Part shown: piece after piece, positions 8,427-17,473 of the stretch
How positions within the stretch are numbered: the stretch's first letter is position 1
Layout: the number at the start of each line of letters is the position of its first letter
Assembly (NCBI GenBank): GCA_963845535.1
Contig: CAWJSK010000003.1
Coordinates: forward strand, 1 to 64,000
Direction: 5' to 3'
Source: an uncultured Spirochaetota bacterium
GTDB lineage: Bacteria; Spirochaetota; Spirochaetia; SZUA-6; Fen-1364
Length of the DNA: 64,000 nucleotides
Translations under genes and position numbers: made by a program
The notes under the pieces: model-generated
What the model was told of the DNA's origin: nothing
The model's database searches: none
What the model saw: only the letters and a program-made list of their open reading frames with translations

Positions 8427-10322
8427 ATGGTCGCGTCTCCTTCGATCAGCTACCGCGTCATGACTTGGCTTTCCACGGCAATCTTTGCCGCGGGGTTCGT
8501 CCTCTCAACGCACTTCATCGCCGGCGGACAGTTGTTCGGCGTTCTCTTTGCTGTCCCGTTGATCATGATTTCCTGGTGCTGGGGCCTGCCGGGCGGATTG
8601 ATAGCCGCCGCGTCAGGTATCATTTTCATGAGGGTTGCCTTCTCCGCGGAGTATTTCCTGATCAGAGGCAACCATCTGGATCTGTTCTGGTTGATGTCGG
8701 CCTTGGAGACATCTCTCGTCTTCCTTGTCATTGGAGCAGCCGTGGGCAAGCTCAGCGACAGCTTGCGTGAGCTGAAGAGGGCGGCGCAAGCCACGCAGCT
8801 CGCCGAGCAGCAGCTTCACGTGAGTCATTCGCACCTGGAGGCCGTCCTGCAAGCGGTGCCCGACCTCATGTTCGAAGTGGATCGGGAAGGCCGATTGTAC
8901 GGTCCGGTCGCCTTTCGAACGCCGCCTTCCGTGGTGGGCATGGTCAAGGACTTCCTGCCGTCCGAGGCCGCGTCCGCCAGCATGCGCGGGATTGCAACGG
9001 CGGCAAAAATGGGAAAACAGGCCTGCGCTCAATATCGCGTTGTTCTCGAAGGAGAGGAGCGGTGGTTCGAGCAGTCGGTGTCGCCCATTGGGGACCATCG
9101 CCGGAACGACGCACATTTCATCCTGCTTGCCCGTGACATCACGGAGCGCATGCGGCACGAAGACCAGGTGTCCCAGACGGGAAAGATGGAGGCAGTCGGA
9201 AGGCTCGCCGGCGGGATAGCCCACGACTTCAACAACATCCTTCAGGCCATCATGGGATTTTGCGACCTGATCAGGGATCAAATCGGCAACGACGCCGAGG
9301 TGCTTCGAAGCGTCGGAATGATCGACGAGTCGGCCGAGCGGGCGGCGGCGCTCACGCACCAGCTTCTTGCTTTCAGCAGAAAACAGATGATCCAGCCCGT
9401 GGTGCGGGACTTGAACCACTTCCTTCGCACCTGCGAAGGATTGATCAAGCAGACTGTCGGTGACCGGATCGAGCTGAGCCTCAGAACGCAGGAAAAGCCC
9501 ATCTGGGTGAGCGTCGACCCCGCTCAGCTTCAGCACGTGCTCGTCAACCTCGCCGCGAATGCCAGGGACTCCGTCCCGGGGACGGGGAAGCTCGCCGTGG
9601 AAGCCCAGCGTGTGCAGACTGACGTGGATCTGGTGGGAGCGCCCTCGGACTTGCCCGCCGGCCATTATGCCCTCCTTTCGGTGCGGGACACCGGCATCGG
9701 AATGGACAGCGTCACGTTGTCCCATATTTTCGAGCCGTTCTTCACGACAAAGGACGTGGGGCAGGGCAGCGGCCTCGGTCTCTCCATTGTCTATGGTACA
9801 ATCAGGCAGATGGGCGGGTTCATCTCCGTGGACAGCGTTGTCGGGCTCGGCACATGTTTCCGAATCTTCTTTCCCCTGGTCGAAGACGCTTCCCGACGAG
9901 CTCCTGCGACGCCTGCGGAGATGATCGCCGGCATTTCCGAGGACTCGTTCTCATGCGCTCGGGAGGCGGGAACCGTTCTCCTCATGTCGAGGGATGGCAG
10001 CCTTCGGGCCATGATCGCGCTCGGCCTGAGGGCTGCCGGATACACGGTAATCGAGGCGCTTGAACGGGAGGAGGCAATGGGGAGCGCTCGAGTGCATGCG
10101 GAGCGCGTCGACCTCGTTCTGGCGGACGGGGGCTTCCAGGGCATTGAGGACATCATGGCGACCTTTCCCAAAGCGCGCGTCATTATGATGACGGATTCCG
10201 TGGAACTGCCCGGGCAGGTGCAGGAGACCTTCGGCGCTCAGGCGGCGGCCCTTTGCAAGCCTTTCGGCCTCACCGAGCTGCAGTCCCTCATGCGAAAAGT
10301 GCTGGGCCCGGCGCGCCCGTAG
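8427..10322 (+). CDS. Membrane-bound hybrid sensor histidine kinase (TM-PAS-HisKA-HATPase-atypical REC)
   Basis: AHDFNNIL H-box, [29 protein letters not shown]-terminal REC-like domain with KPF. Confidence 0.9.
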   Translation: MVASPSISYRVMTWLSTAIFAAGFVLSTHFIAGGQLFGVLFAVPLIMISWCWGLPGGLIAAASGIIFMRVAFSAEYFLIRGNHLDLFWLMSALETSLVFLVIGAAVGKLSDSLRELKRAAQATQLAEQQLHVSHSHLEAVLQAVPDLMFEVDREGRLYGPVAFRTPPSVVGMVKDFLPSEAASASMRGIATAAKMGKQACAQYRVVLEGEERWFEQSVSPIGDHRRNDAHFILLARDITERMRHEDQVSQTGKMEAVGRLAGGIAHDFNNILQAIMGFCDLIRDQIGNDAEVLRSVGMIDESAERAAALTHQLLAFSRKQMIQPVVRDLNHFLRTCEGLIKQTVGDRIELSLRTQEKPIWVSVDPAQLQHVLVNLAANARDSVPGTGKLAVEAQRVQTDVDLVGAPSDLPAGHYALLSVRDTGIGMDSVTLSHIFEPFFTTKDVGQGSGLGLSIVYGTIRQMGGFISVDSVVGLGTCFRIFFPLVEDASRRAPATPAEMIAGISEDSFSCAREAGTVLLMSRDGSLRAMIALGLRAAGYTVIEALEREEAMGSARVHAERVDLVLADGGFQGIEDIMATFPKARVIMMTDSVELPGQVQETFGAQAAALCKPFGLTELQSLMRKVLGPARP

Positions 10323-10399
10323 CGCGCGCCAATAGACAATCCGTTCGCGCGCGAATAAGCTTTGCCAGCCATGAACAGAACGCGGGGAGGGTCGAAGCG

Positions 10400-10969
10400 G
10401 TGAAAGCGTATACGGGCGGCGGTGACCGCGGCAAGACCAGCCTCCTGAGCGGAGAGAGAGTGGCCAAGACTCACTGCCGCATCGAAGCCTGCGGCGACGT
10501 GGATGAGCTGAACTGCGCCCTTGGCGCGCTCATTGCATCGCTTCCCCCGGAAGACTTCGGGCTTCGCGCGGAGCTGCTGGAAGCGCAAGGGGAACTTTTC
10601 CGTCTGGGTGCGCGGCTGGCAACCGCCGTCGACTCGGCTGCGGCACCGCTTCTGCCCTCGTTCGGCCCCCAACAGACGCGGCGCCTGGAGGCCGCAATCG
10701 ACAGGCTGGAGGCCGAGCTGCCTCCGCTTCAAGGCTTCATACTGCCGGGCGGACATCCCAGCGCCGCATGGGCGCACGTGGCAAGGACGGTCTGTCGACG
10801 GGCGGAGCGGCGCGTGGTGCGGTGCGTGCTGGAATCTGCGCCCCCTGATCCACGCCCGGACTTGGAAGATGCCATTGCGTATCTGAACCGGCTTTCCACC
10901 TTTTTGTTCACGACGGCGCGCCTGTGCAACAAGATCCTCGGAGTCGCCGAGAGAACGTGGCAGGCGTGA
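10400..10969 (+). CDS. pduO: ATP:cob(I)alamin adenosyltransferase, PduO type
   Basis: YTGGGDRGKTSL, GDVDELN, ARTVCRRAERR, YLNRLS; GGAGG before GTG 10400. Confidence 0.9.
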   Translation: MKAYTGGGDRGKTSLLSGERVAKTHCRIEACGDVDELNCALGALIASLPPEDFGLRAELLEAQGELFRLGARLATAVDSAAAPLLPSFGPQQTRRLEAAIDRLEAELPPLQGFILPGGHPSAAWAHVARTVCRRAERRVVRCVLESAPPDPRPDLEDAIAYLNRLSTFLFTTARLCNKILGVAERTWQA

Positions 10970-11634
10970 GCGGACCGCAGAGGTACCAATCCAGGCTCCT
11001 GGCGCGTTCCCGCCTCTCCCCTGACACATTCCAAATTGACCTCGAGCGCCCCTCCGGCTTCTCCTTTGTGCCGGGACAGGGCATCCGGCTGGCGGGCGAC
11101 GGGCTGGAAAGGGAATACACGCTTGCCTGCGGCCCTGACGACGATCGGCTCTCCATGTGCGTGCAGGTGGTGGAAAAAGGCGCGTTCTCACAGCTCCTGG
11201 CGCGCCGGGAAGTGGGAGACAGCCTGAGCTTTACCGGTCCTCATGGATACTTCACTTTCCAGACAAAGGAGGAACACTCGGCCGTTTTTGTTGCAACGGG
11301 CGCGGGAATTGCGCCTTTTGTTTCGATGGTCAGGGCGGGCGCCCGCGGGTTTACTCTGCTCCAGGGGGCCAGGACTGCGCGCGATCTGCACTACCGTGAC
11401 ATCACGCAACCGGCCGCGGGTCGTTATATCGGATGCCTCACGAGAGAGCAGGGCAATCAAGGAGACGCCGCGTGGACGTATCCGGGACGCGTGAGTGATT
11501 TCCTGAAAAAGGAGCTTCCCCCGGGAACCTTCGATTTCTACTTGTGCGGAAGGCGCGAGATGGTGCGGGACGTCGTGAGCATTGTCGACGACAGCTTTTC
11601 CGAATCCAGGGTATTTTTCGAGATTTTTTTCTGA
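10966..11634 (+). CDS. FNR-family FAD/NAD(P)-dependent oxidoreductase
   Basis: REYTLA, GPHGYF, ATGAGIAPF, FYLCG, terminal EIFF; GTGA overlap with pduO. Confidence 0.85.
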   Translation: MSGPQRYQSRLLARSRLSPDTFQIDLERPSGFSFVPGQGIRLAGDGLEREYTLACGPDDDRLSMCVQVVEKGAFSQLLARREVGDSLSFTGPHGYFTFQTKEEHSAVFVATGAGIAPFVSMVRAGARGFTLLQGARTARDLHYRDITQPAAGRYIGCLTREQGNQGDAAWTYPGRVSDFLKKELPPGTFDFYLCGRREMVRDVVSIVDDSFSESRVFFEIFF

Positions 11635-12389
11635 GTCAACAGATCCCCCGGCTGCCAGACCCCGGCGCTGGTGAGGATGGCCGTAACGCTGCCAGCCCAG
11701 TCCCGGTTTGCCAACGGGCTCGCCGGGCTGGGATGAGGGATCCCCACCACGGTTACGCCTTTCCAACCCGCCTCTTTCTGAATCAACTCGAGCCGGCCCT
11801 GGGCAAACCTGCCGATCCCCACGAGCCAGCGAGGCTCCAGCGTCTCGACAACGACGCGCACGTGAGCGTCACATTCATGAACGAGAGCCTGCCTGTCGGA
11901 CGGGCGCAGCTTGTCAGGAGTCAGGTTGCGCCCTGAAACATCGAGAAAGAGAAGTGGGCAGTAGTTCACAACGAGATGGGACCGGAAGAACTCCCCGGCG
12001 CTGGCGTAGCGCTCCCGCATGAGCCCCCAGAGCCGCTTCCCGCTCACCTCGCTTCGATGACAGTCGAACCCGGTGACGGCGACTCTTGGGTGAGTCTTGC
12101 GCGGGGGGAGAATCCGGGCGCTGATCCCCATCCAGTCCCTGACTGCCGACACTTCACCGAAAGGGACGCCCGTTTGAGCCATGCCCCACGGTCCGGGATT
12201 CATGCCGAGGAAAATTACCCGCTTTTCGCCAGGCCCGTACATTCTGATGTATTGCTCATGGCTGTCCCGCGCGTACAGGAGCGGGTTGTATACGAAGCGT
12301 ACGGGATCATGGAACCTGATCTTTTCGCATTCCGCCGCAAGACGCCGCGCTGCGCTGATGAGCTTCTTGATTCTCGCGGCGGCGGCCAA
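11538..12389 (-). CDS. SMUG1-family (UDG family 3) uracil-DNA glycosylase
   Basis: GMNPGPWGMAQTGVPFG, SEVSG, NYCPL, HPSPASP. Confidence 0.9.
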   Translation of the reverse strand: MAAAARIKKLISAARRLAAECEKIRFHDPVRFVYNPLLYARDSHEQYIRMYGPGEKRVIFLGMNPGPWGMAQTGVPFGEVSAVRDWMGISARILPPRKTHPRVAVTGFDCHRSEVSGKRLWGLMRERYASAGEFFRSHLVVNYCPLLFLDVSGRNLTPDKLRPSDRQALVHECDAHVRVVVETLEPRWLVGIGRFAQGRLELIQKEAGWKGVTVVGIPHPSPASPLANRDWAGSVTAILTSAGVWQPGDLLTQKKISKNTLDSEKLSSTMLTTSRTISRLPHK

Positions 12390-12402
12390 TTGACCGCCGG
12401 GG

Positions 12403-12927
12403 TCAGTTGATGCGATAGCGATAGATGTCCCCGCGGGCGGCCTCAGGGAGGAGCGTCGGGAACCGCCAGTAATGGGAGACGATGCGCGCCCCGGCGGGAA
12501 GCTCCCGCTTCACTTTCGCCTCCAGCCGTCCCATCACGAAGCTCACCTGGAAGACGGTCACGATGTCGAAAGAGGAGAGGTCCGCGCGCCAGAAGCTCCG
12601 CCAGTGGATGAACGCGCGCCCTTCCAGGCCGGCGCGCCTGATGTTGCGCCGGGAGAGGTGGACGAGGATGGGATTCACCTCGAAGCCGTGCGCTTCCGCG
12701 CCTCGTCTGGCCAGGGCTATGACCACGCGACCGTCCCCTGAGCCGAGGTCCGCGGCTTTTTCCCCTGCGGCCACCGCCGCGACCTCCGCCATGATGACGG
12801 TTTCCTCCTGCGTGCTGGGGTCATAGATGGCTCCGCGGCCAAGAGGGAAGAAGACATAGAACACGAGATAGAACGCCGCGCAGACGATCAATACTGTCAG
12901 AATGGTACCTGTCACGGGTGCGATCAT
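12403..12927 (-). CDS. Class I SAM-dependent methyltransferase with N-terminal TM helix
   Basis: DLGSGDGRVV, GFEVNP, GARIVSH. Confidence 0.85.
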   Translation of the reverse strand: MIAPVTGTILTVLIVCAAFYLVFYVFFPLGRGAIYDPSTQEETVIMAEVAAVAAGEKAADLGSGDGRVVIALARRGAEAHGFEVNPILVHLSRRNIRRAGLEGRAFIHWRSFWRADLSSFDIVTVFQVSFVMGRLEAKVKRELPAGARIVSHYWRFPTLLPEAARGDIYRYRIN

Positions 12928-12970
12928 AGCAGGGGCGCCGGCATTTGCAAGGGACCGGGGAGCGGGCCGA

Positions 12971-12999
12971 TTGCCCTACCCGCGGGCGTTTGCTACCAT
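12971..12999 (+). promoter_or_regulatory. Putative extended -10 promoter for a leaderless menA-like transcript
   Basis: TTGCCC, 17 bp, TACCAT with TG extension; 7 nt to ATG 13007; no SD. Confidence 0.5.
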
Positions 13000-13006
13000 C
13001 TCTGCA

Positions 13007-13948
13007 ATGACGACAGCCCAGGCGTTGACGGGTTTCATCAGGACCTCTTTTTCTCTCGCTTTCGACCTGCGATCCTACCGGGCGGGCTGGCGGGCTCTTC
13101 GAGCGCCGTCTCTCGTGATCGCGGGAGTTTCGTGCGCGCTCGGGGTCGTTCTTGCATTCCAGGCGGGGAAAGGGGACTGGCTCAACGCGGCGGCTGTCAT
13201 GGTGGCAGGTCTCGCCTTGCAGGCCGGGGTCAACCTTGTGAACGATTTTTTCGAGTTCATGCAGGGGAAAGTCAACGACAAGGCCGAAAACCTGGGGTTT
13301 TCCCGGTCGGACCGCCTCACCCTCGAATGGCTCGTTTTCCTGGTCGGCCTGGCTTTTTTCGGCCTTGCCGGGCTCGTCGGCCTCTTCATTGCCTGGAGGA
13401 CGGGATGGCCGGTCCTTGTCCTGGGAGTGGTGGGGTTCCTGGGCGGTTTCTTCTATACCGGTGAGCCGCTGAACTACAAGCGCCGCGGTCTGGCGGTGCC
13501 CATCGTGTTCTTCCTCATGGGCGTCATCATGATCTCAGGCTCGTACTACGCCGTGGCGCGGGACTTTTCCTGGAGCATCGTGTTGATCTCCGTTCCGGTA
13601 AGCTTCCTCGTCTCTCTCATCCTTCTCACCAACGAATTGCGCGACTTCGAGGCGGACATCCGCTACGGGGTGCGGACAATGACGGTCCGCATTGGGTATT
13701 CGCGGGCCGTGCTCGTGTATTGCCTCCTTTTGGTCCTCGCCTACGCCACGCCAGTGCTGCTTGCCCGCGAGGGGCTGTTCCCGCATCTGTGGTACGTGTA
13801 CCTTGCGCTTCCGTTCGGGGTCCCCCCGTTCCTCCTGATGGGGCAGCCCTACCAGAAGCGCCACATGATCGTGCCCGCCGTCATGCTCCACCACCTGGCA
13901 TACGGCACGTTCTTCTGTCTCTCGTACTTCGCGTCCGCGCGGGCGTGA
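13007..13948 (+). CDS. UbiA/MenA-family prenyltransferase (DmkA-like)
   Basis: LQAGVNLVNDFF, YTGEPLNYKRRGL, NELRDFEAD..GVRT; polytopic membrane protein. Confidence 0.88.
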   Translation: MTTAQALTGFIRTSFSLAFDLRSYRAGWRALRAPSLVIAGVSCALGVVLAFQAGKGDWLNAAAVMVAGLALQAGVNLVNDFFEFMQGKVNDKAENLGFSRSDRLTLEWLVFLVGLAFFGLAGLVGLFIAWRTGWPVLVLGVVGFLGGFFYTGEPLNYKRRGLAVPIVFFLMGVIMISGSYYAVARDFSWSIVLISVPVSFLVSLILLTNELRDFEADIRYGVRTMTVRIGYSRAVLVYCLLLVLAYATPVLLAREGLFPHLWYVYLALPFGVPPFLLMGQPYQKRHMIVPAVMLHHLAYGTFFCLSYFASARA

Positions 13949-13955
13949 AGTTTGG

Positions 13956-14004
13956 ATATAGAGAGATTTCTATATATTGACAATTTCGTTTCTCTCGATA
14001 GGAT
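13956..14004 (+). promoter_or_regulatory. Putative ndh2 promoter with upstream palindromic operator
   Basis: ATATAGA-N6-TCTATAT (13956-13975) next to TTGACA (13977-13982), 16 bp, TAGGAT (13999-14004); AAGGAG RBS downstream. Confidence 0.6.
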
Positions 14005-14028
14005 GGGTGTATCCCCGAAAGGAGACTT

Positions 14029-16410
14029 ATGACGGATACGACGCGCATCGTGGTCCTCGGTGGAGGATACGGGGGCGTTCAGGCCACGAAAATGCTGCAC
14101 CGGACCCTCGGGAAACGCCGCGACATCGAGATCACGCTCATCGACAAGAACCCGTTCCAGACGCTCATGACGGAGCTGCACGAGGTGGCGTGCGGGCGCG
14201 TCGAGCCGGAGTCAGTGCTCATCTCCTACCGCAAGATTTTCGGCGCCACGCGCGTTTCCGTGGTGGCGGACCGGATCAGGACGATCGACTTCGACAAAAA
14301 GAAGCTCATCTCCGACACGACAGGCTATGACTACGACTATCTCCTGATCGGAGTGGGCGCGGAGCCGGAGGATTTCGGCCTTCCCGGCGTGAAGGAAAAT
14401 GCGTATATGCTCTGGTCCTTCGATGACGCCCTGACGCTGCGCCGGCACATCGAAGAGGTATTCCGTGAGGCCGCCGCGGAGAAGGATCCGGCCAAGCGCG
14501 CCGAGCTTCTCACGTTCGTGGTGGCTGGGGCCGGATTCACGGGAATCGAAGTGGCGGGGGAGCTGAAAGATCACCGCCGGGTGATGTGCCAGACCTACCA
14601 CATTGAAGAGAGCGAGGTCCGGATCATCGTCGTGGAAGCCCTCGCTTGGATCCTCCCCAATCTCCCTCCCCGGCTCCAGGAAAAAGCCAGGCGCTACCTG
14701 GAGCGCCGGGGCGTGGAGTTCATGCTCCGCTCTCCCATCCTCGGGGCGGAAAAAGGCAAAGTGCTCCTGGGTGGGAACGCATCCATCCCCACGAAAACGT
14801 TCATCTGGACGTGCGGGATCCAGGGACGCGAGTTTGCGGGGAACCTCGCCCTGACCAAGGGGAGGTGCGTGAACCGCGCCTGCCGCTTCTCTGCAACGCA
14901 GAGCACGTGCGGCGTCAAGAACTGCACGTTTGCTCCGGGCCAATACGTCGTGGGCAAGCGCGGCAGGCTCCTCGTCAACGAGTACATGCAGTCCATCGAC
15001 TACTCGAACGTGTACGTGGTGGGAGACGTCTCCTGGTACCTGGAGGGCGGCAAGGTGCTGCCCCAGATCGTGGAGACGGCCGTGCAGACCGGGGAAACCG
15101 CGGCACACAACATTGCCGCCGCGATCGAGCATGGCCAGATGAAAGCGTTTCACTCCAACTACCACGGCATCATGGTCTCCCTGGGAGCTTTTTCGGGCGT
15201 GGCGCACGTCATGGGAATGTCACTCACCGGGATATTCGCCATTGGCGTCAAGCATATGATCAACATTGTCCACCTCTTCACGGTGGCCGGCGTGAACCAG
15301 GTCTGGGAATACCTCAAGCACGAGTTTCTCGACGTGAAGAACCAGAGATCCTTCATCGGGGGCCTGGCGGCGTACAAGGTGCGCGGATATTGGCCGCTCC
15401 TGCTGCGCGTGTGGCTGGGGTTCATGTGGGTGGTCGAGGCGACGAACAAGATGACCGAAGGCTGGCTCGATTTCTCATCAGGCCAGAGCAAGACGGGCTG
15501 GATGTTTTCCCCTGGAGTCATCCAGGCCGGAGTGAAAGGGGCTGAAGCGAGCAGCGCGGCGCCACAGGCCGCGCAAGGCGTGGCCCAGGCGGCGCCGGCA
15601 ACAGCGAACGCGGCTGGAGCGGTTGCGGCAACCTCAGGGGCTTCCGCGGCCACCGGCGCGGCGGCCAACGCCGCTGGAGCGGCACATGCCGCCGGGGTGG
15701 CCGCCACGTCAGGAGCTTCCGCGGCCACGGGGGCGGCAGCGAACGCGGCCGGAGCGGTTGCGGCAACCTCAGGGGCTTCCGCGGCCACCGGCGCGGCGGC
15801 CAACGCGGCCGGAGCGGTCGCGGCAACCTCAGGAGCTTCCGCGGCCACCGGCGCGGCGGCCAACGCGGCCGGTGCCGCCGCAGCATCCGCGGCCTCGGCA
15901 GCTCCGGCCGCCGCCGCAACGGCTCCCGCTGCAGCGGCCGCGGCCCCGGCAGCCTCCGCTGCTTCAACGGCCGCGGCGCACGCTGCCGCCCAGGCGCATG
16001 CCGTCCCGGGGCCCTGGCTCGACACAACGCACAACATCCTGGACCCGTCGTGGGGAATCGTGATCTGGTTCCGTCACACATTCATGGATGGGATATTCGC
16101 CCATCTCCACTACACGGTCTTCCAGGTGCTGATCGTGTTCACCGAGCTCTTGATCGGGCTCGCCCTGTTCGGAGGCTTTTTCACCTGGTTCGCGGCGGTT
16201 GTCTCCATTGGATTGTGCATCATCTTCACGCTGTCCGGCATGTTCGCGTGGAACCAGGCATGGTTCATATTTGCGGCAATCGTCATGATGGGCGGCGCGG
16301 GCCGCGCGTTCGGGTTGGACTCCTTCACCGTGCCATTTTTCAAGCGATGGTGGAACGGCACGAAGATAGCCCGGCGCACGCGTTTGTACGCGGATGAGCC
16401 AACCAAGTAG
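14029..16410 (+). CDS. Type II NADH dehydrogenase fused to DoxX-like membrane domain (Ndh2-like), with 4-Cys insert and Ala-rich repeat loop
   Basis: VVLGGGYGG, VVAGAGFTGIE, VYVVGD, PQIVETAVQ; DoxX-like LRVWLGFMW..K..GW, ELLIGLAL..GFFT, GAGRAFGLD. Confidence 0.88.
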   Translation: MTDTTRIVVLGGGYGGVQATKMLHRTLGKRRDIEITLIDKNPFQTLMTELHEVACGRVEPESVLISYRKIFGATRVSVVADRIRTIDFDKKKLISDTTGYDYDYLLIGVGAEPEDFGLPGVKENAYMLWSFDDALTLRRHIEEVFREAAAEKDPAKRAELLTFVVAGAGFTGIEVAGELKDHRRVMCQTYHIEESEVRIIVVEALAWILPNLPPRLQEKARRYLERRGVEFMLRSPILGAEKGKVLLGGNASIPTKTFIWTCGIQGREFAGNLALTKGRCVNRACRFSATQSTCGVKNCTFAPGQYVVGKRGRLLVNEYMQSIDYSNVYVVGDVSWYLEGGKVLPQIVETAVQTGETAAHNIAAAIEHGQMKAFHSNYHGIMVSLGAFSGVAHVMGMSLTGIFAIGVKHMINIVHLFTVAGVNQVWEYLKHEFLDVKNQRSFIGGLAAYKVRGYWPLLLRVWLGFMWVVEATNKMTEGWLDFSSGQSKTGWMFSPGVIQAGVKGAEASSAAPQAAQGVAQAAPATANAAGAVAATSGASAATGAAANAAGAAHAAGVAATSGASAATGAAANAAGAVAATSGASAATGAAANAAGAVAATSGASAATGAAANAAGAAAASAASAAPAAAATAPAAAAAAPAASAASTAAAHAAAQAHAVPGPWLDTTHNILDPSWGIVIWFRHTFMDGIFAHLHYTVFQVLIVFTELLIGLALFGGFFTWFAAVVSIGLCIIFTLSGMFAWNQAWFIFAAIVMMGGAGRAFGLDSFTVPFFKRWWNGTKIARRTRLYADEPTK
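15604..15876 (+). repeat. In-frame ~60-bp tandem repeat, 4 copies, encoding VAATSGASAATGAAANAAGA
   Basis: SGAS codons at 15634, 15709, 15769 and 15829 (spacing 75/60/60 nt); copies differ mainly at synonymous sites. Confidence 0.95.
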
Positions 16411-16413
16411 CAT

Positions 16414-17379
16414 ATGAGCGGATTCTGGGACGCACAGCCCGAGCTCGCGCGCCGGCTGGAGGAAGTACGATGCGCCATTCGCGAGCGCGCGCGCAGTGAC
16501 GATGGCGAGGTCGAGGCCTCAGTCGGCGAGCTCCTCGAATCCAACGGGAAGATGCTGCGCCCGGCTTTCGTCATCCTCGCGTCGCAGTTCGGCGCCCCGG
16601 AGGGGGGCCGGATCACCCGCGTGGCCGCCGCGGTGGAGATGCTCCACATGGCGACCCTTGCGCATGACGACATCATCGACAGCGCGGCGTTCCGCCGCGG
16701 CGTGGCCACGCTCCAGGCGGCTCGGGGCCCACGGACGGCCGTCCTTGTGGGGGACTGGCTGTTCGCCTCGTGCTTCTCCATTGTCGCGGACTTCGCCGCG
16801 GCGGAGAACTCGCGGGGGCTGTCGCAGATCGTGGCGCGCATCTGCGGGAGCGAAGTGAGCCAGTCAGCGGACCGGTACAAGGTGAGCGACAGCGTCCGCA
16901 GATACCTTCGAAGGATCGCCGGGAAAACGGCCGCCCTTTTTGCGTTGTCGTTCCACGTCGGGGCGCAGGAGAGCGGCTGCGCCCCCGAGCTGTGCAGCCG
17001 GCTTCGCCGGCTCGGCTACTGCCTTGGCATGGGGTTCCAGATCATCGACGACATCCTGGATTTTGAAGGGATGGAATCCATCACGGGCAAGCCCACGGGG
17101 AAGGACCTTGCTGAGGGGGTCTACACGCTCCCCACCGTCCTCGCGTTGAAAAAGGATGACGGACGCCTGAGAGCGGCGCTCGCCCGCCGGCCCCATTCCC
17201 GCAGGACCCTGTCACGAGCGGCCATGCTCATACGGGAAAGAGGCGGAATGGAAGGGGCTCTGGCCATGGCACAGAGATACACGGACCGTTCCCTGAGGGA
17301 GATTTCCCGGCTGCCGTGCGGCCAGCCCCGCGCCATCCTCGAGACGGTGGCAGAAAAGCTCCTCCATCGAAATCGATAA
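16414..17379 (+). CDS. Polyprenyl diphosphate synthase (HepT/DmkB-like)
   Basis: GKMLRP, LHMATLAHDDIID..RRG, KTA, FQIIDDILD. Confidence 0.92.
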   Translation: MSGFWDAQPELARRLEEVRCAIRERARSDDGEVEASVGELLESNGKMLRPAFVILASQFGAPEGGRITRVAAAVEMLHMATLAHDDIIDSAAFRRGVATLQAARGPRTAVLVGDWLFASCFSIVADFAAAENSRGLSQIVARICGSEVSQSADRYKVSDSVRRYLRRIAGKTAALFALSFHVGAQESGCAPELCSRLRRLGYCLGMGFQIIDDILDFEGMESITGKPTGKDLAEGVYTLPTVLALKKDDGRLRAALARRPHSRRTLSRAAMLIRERGGMEGALAMAQRYTDRSLREISRLPCGQPRAILETVAEKLLHRNR

Positions 17380-17473
17380 CCGCGAAACCGACAACCGGGA
17401 CTGATAATCGAAACCGCCTCGGGCTTATTTCATTGCGCCCGAACGATGGTTGCGCTATTGTCGACGTACAGAC

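Noticed and set aside
15604..15876. Tandem repeat as a CRISPR array
   Set aside because: No unique spacers; in-frame coding repeat; no cas genes
17380..17420. Short imperfect CGAAACCG/GATAA repeats after the hepT-like gene
   Set aside because: Too short and irregular to support a call
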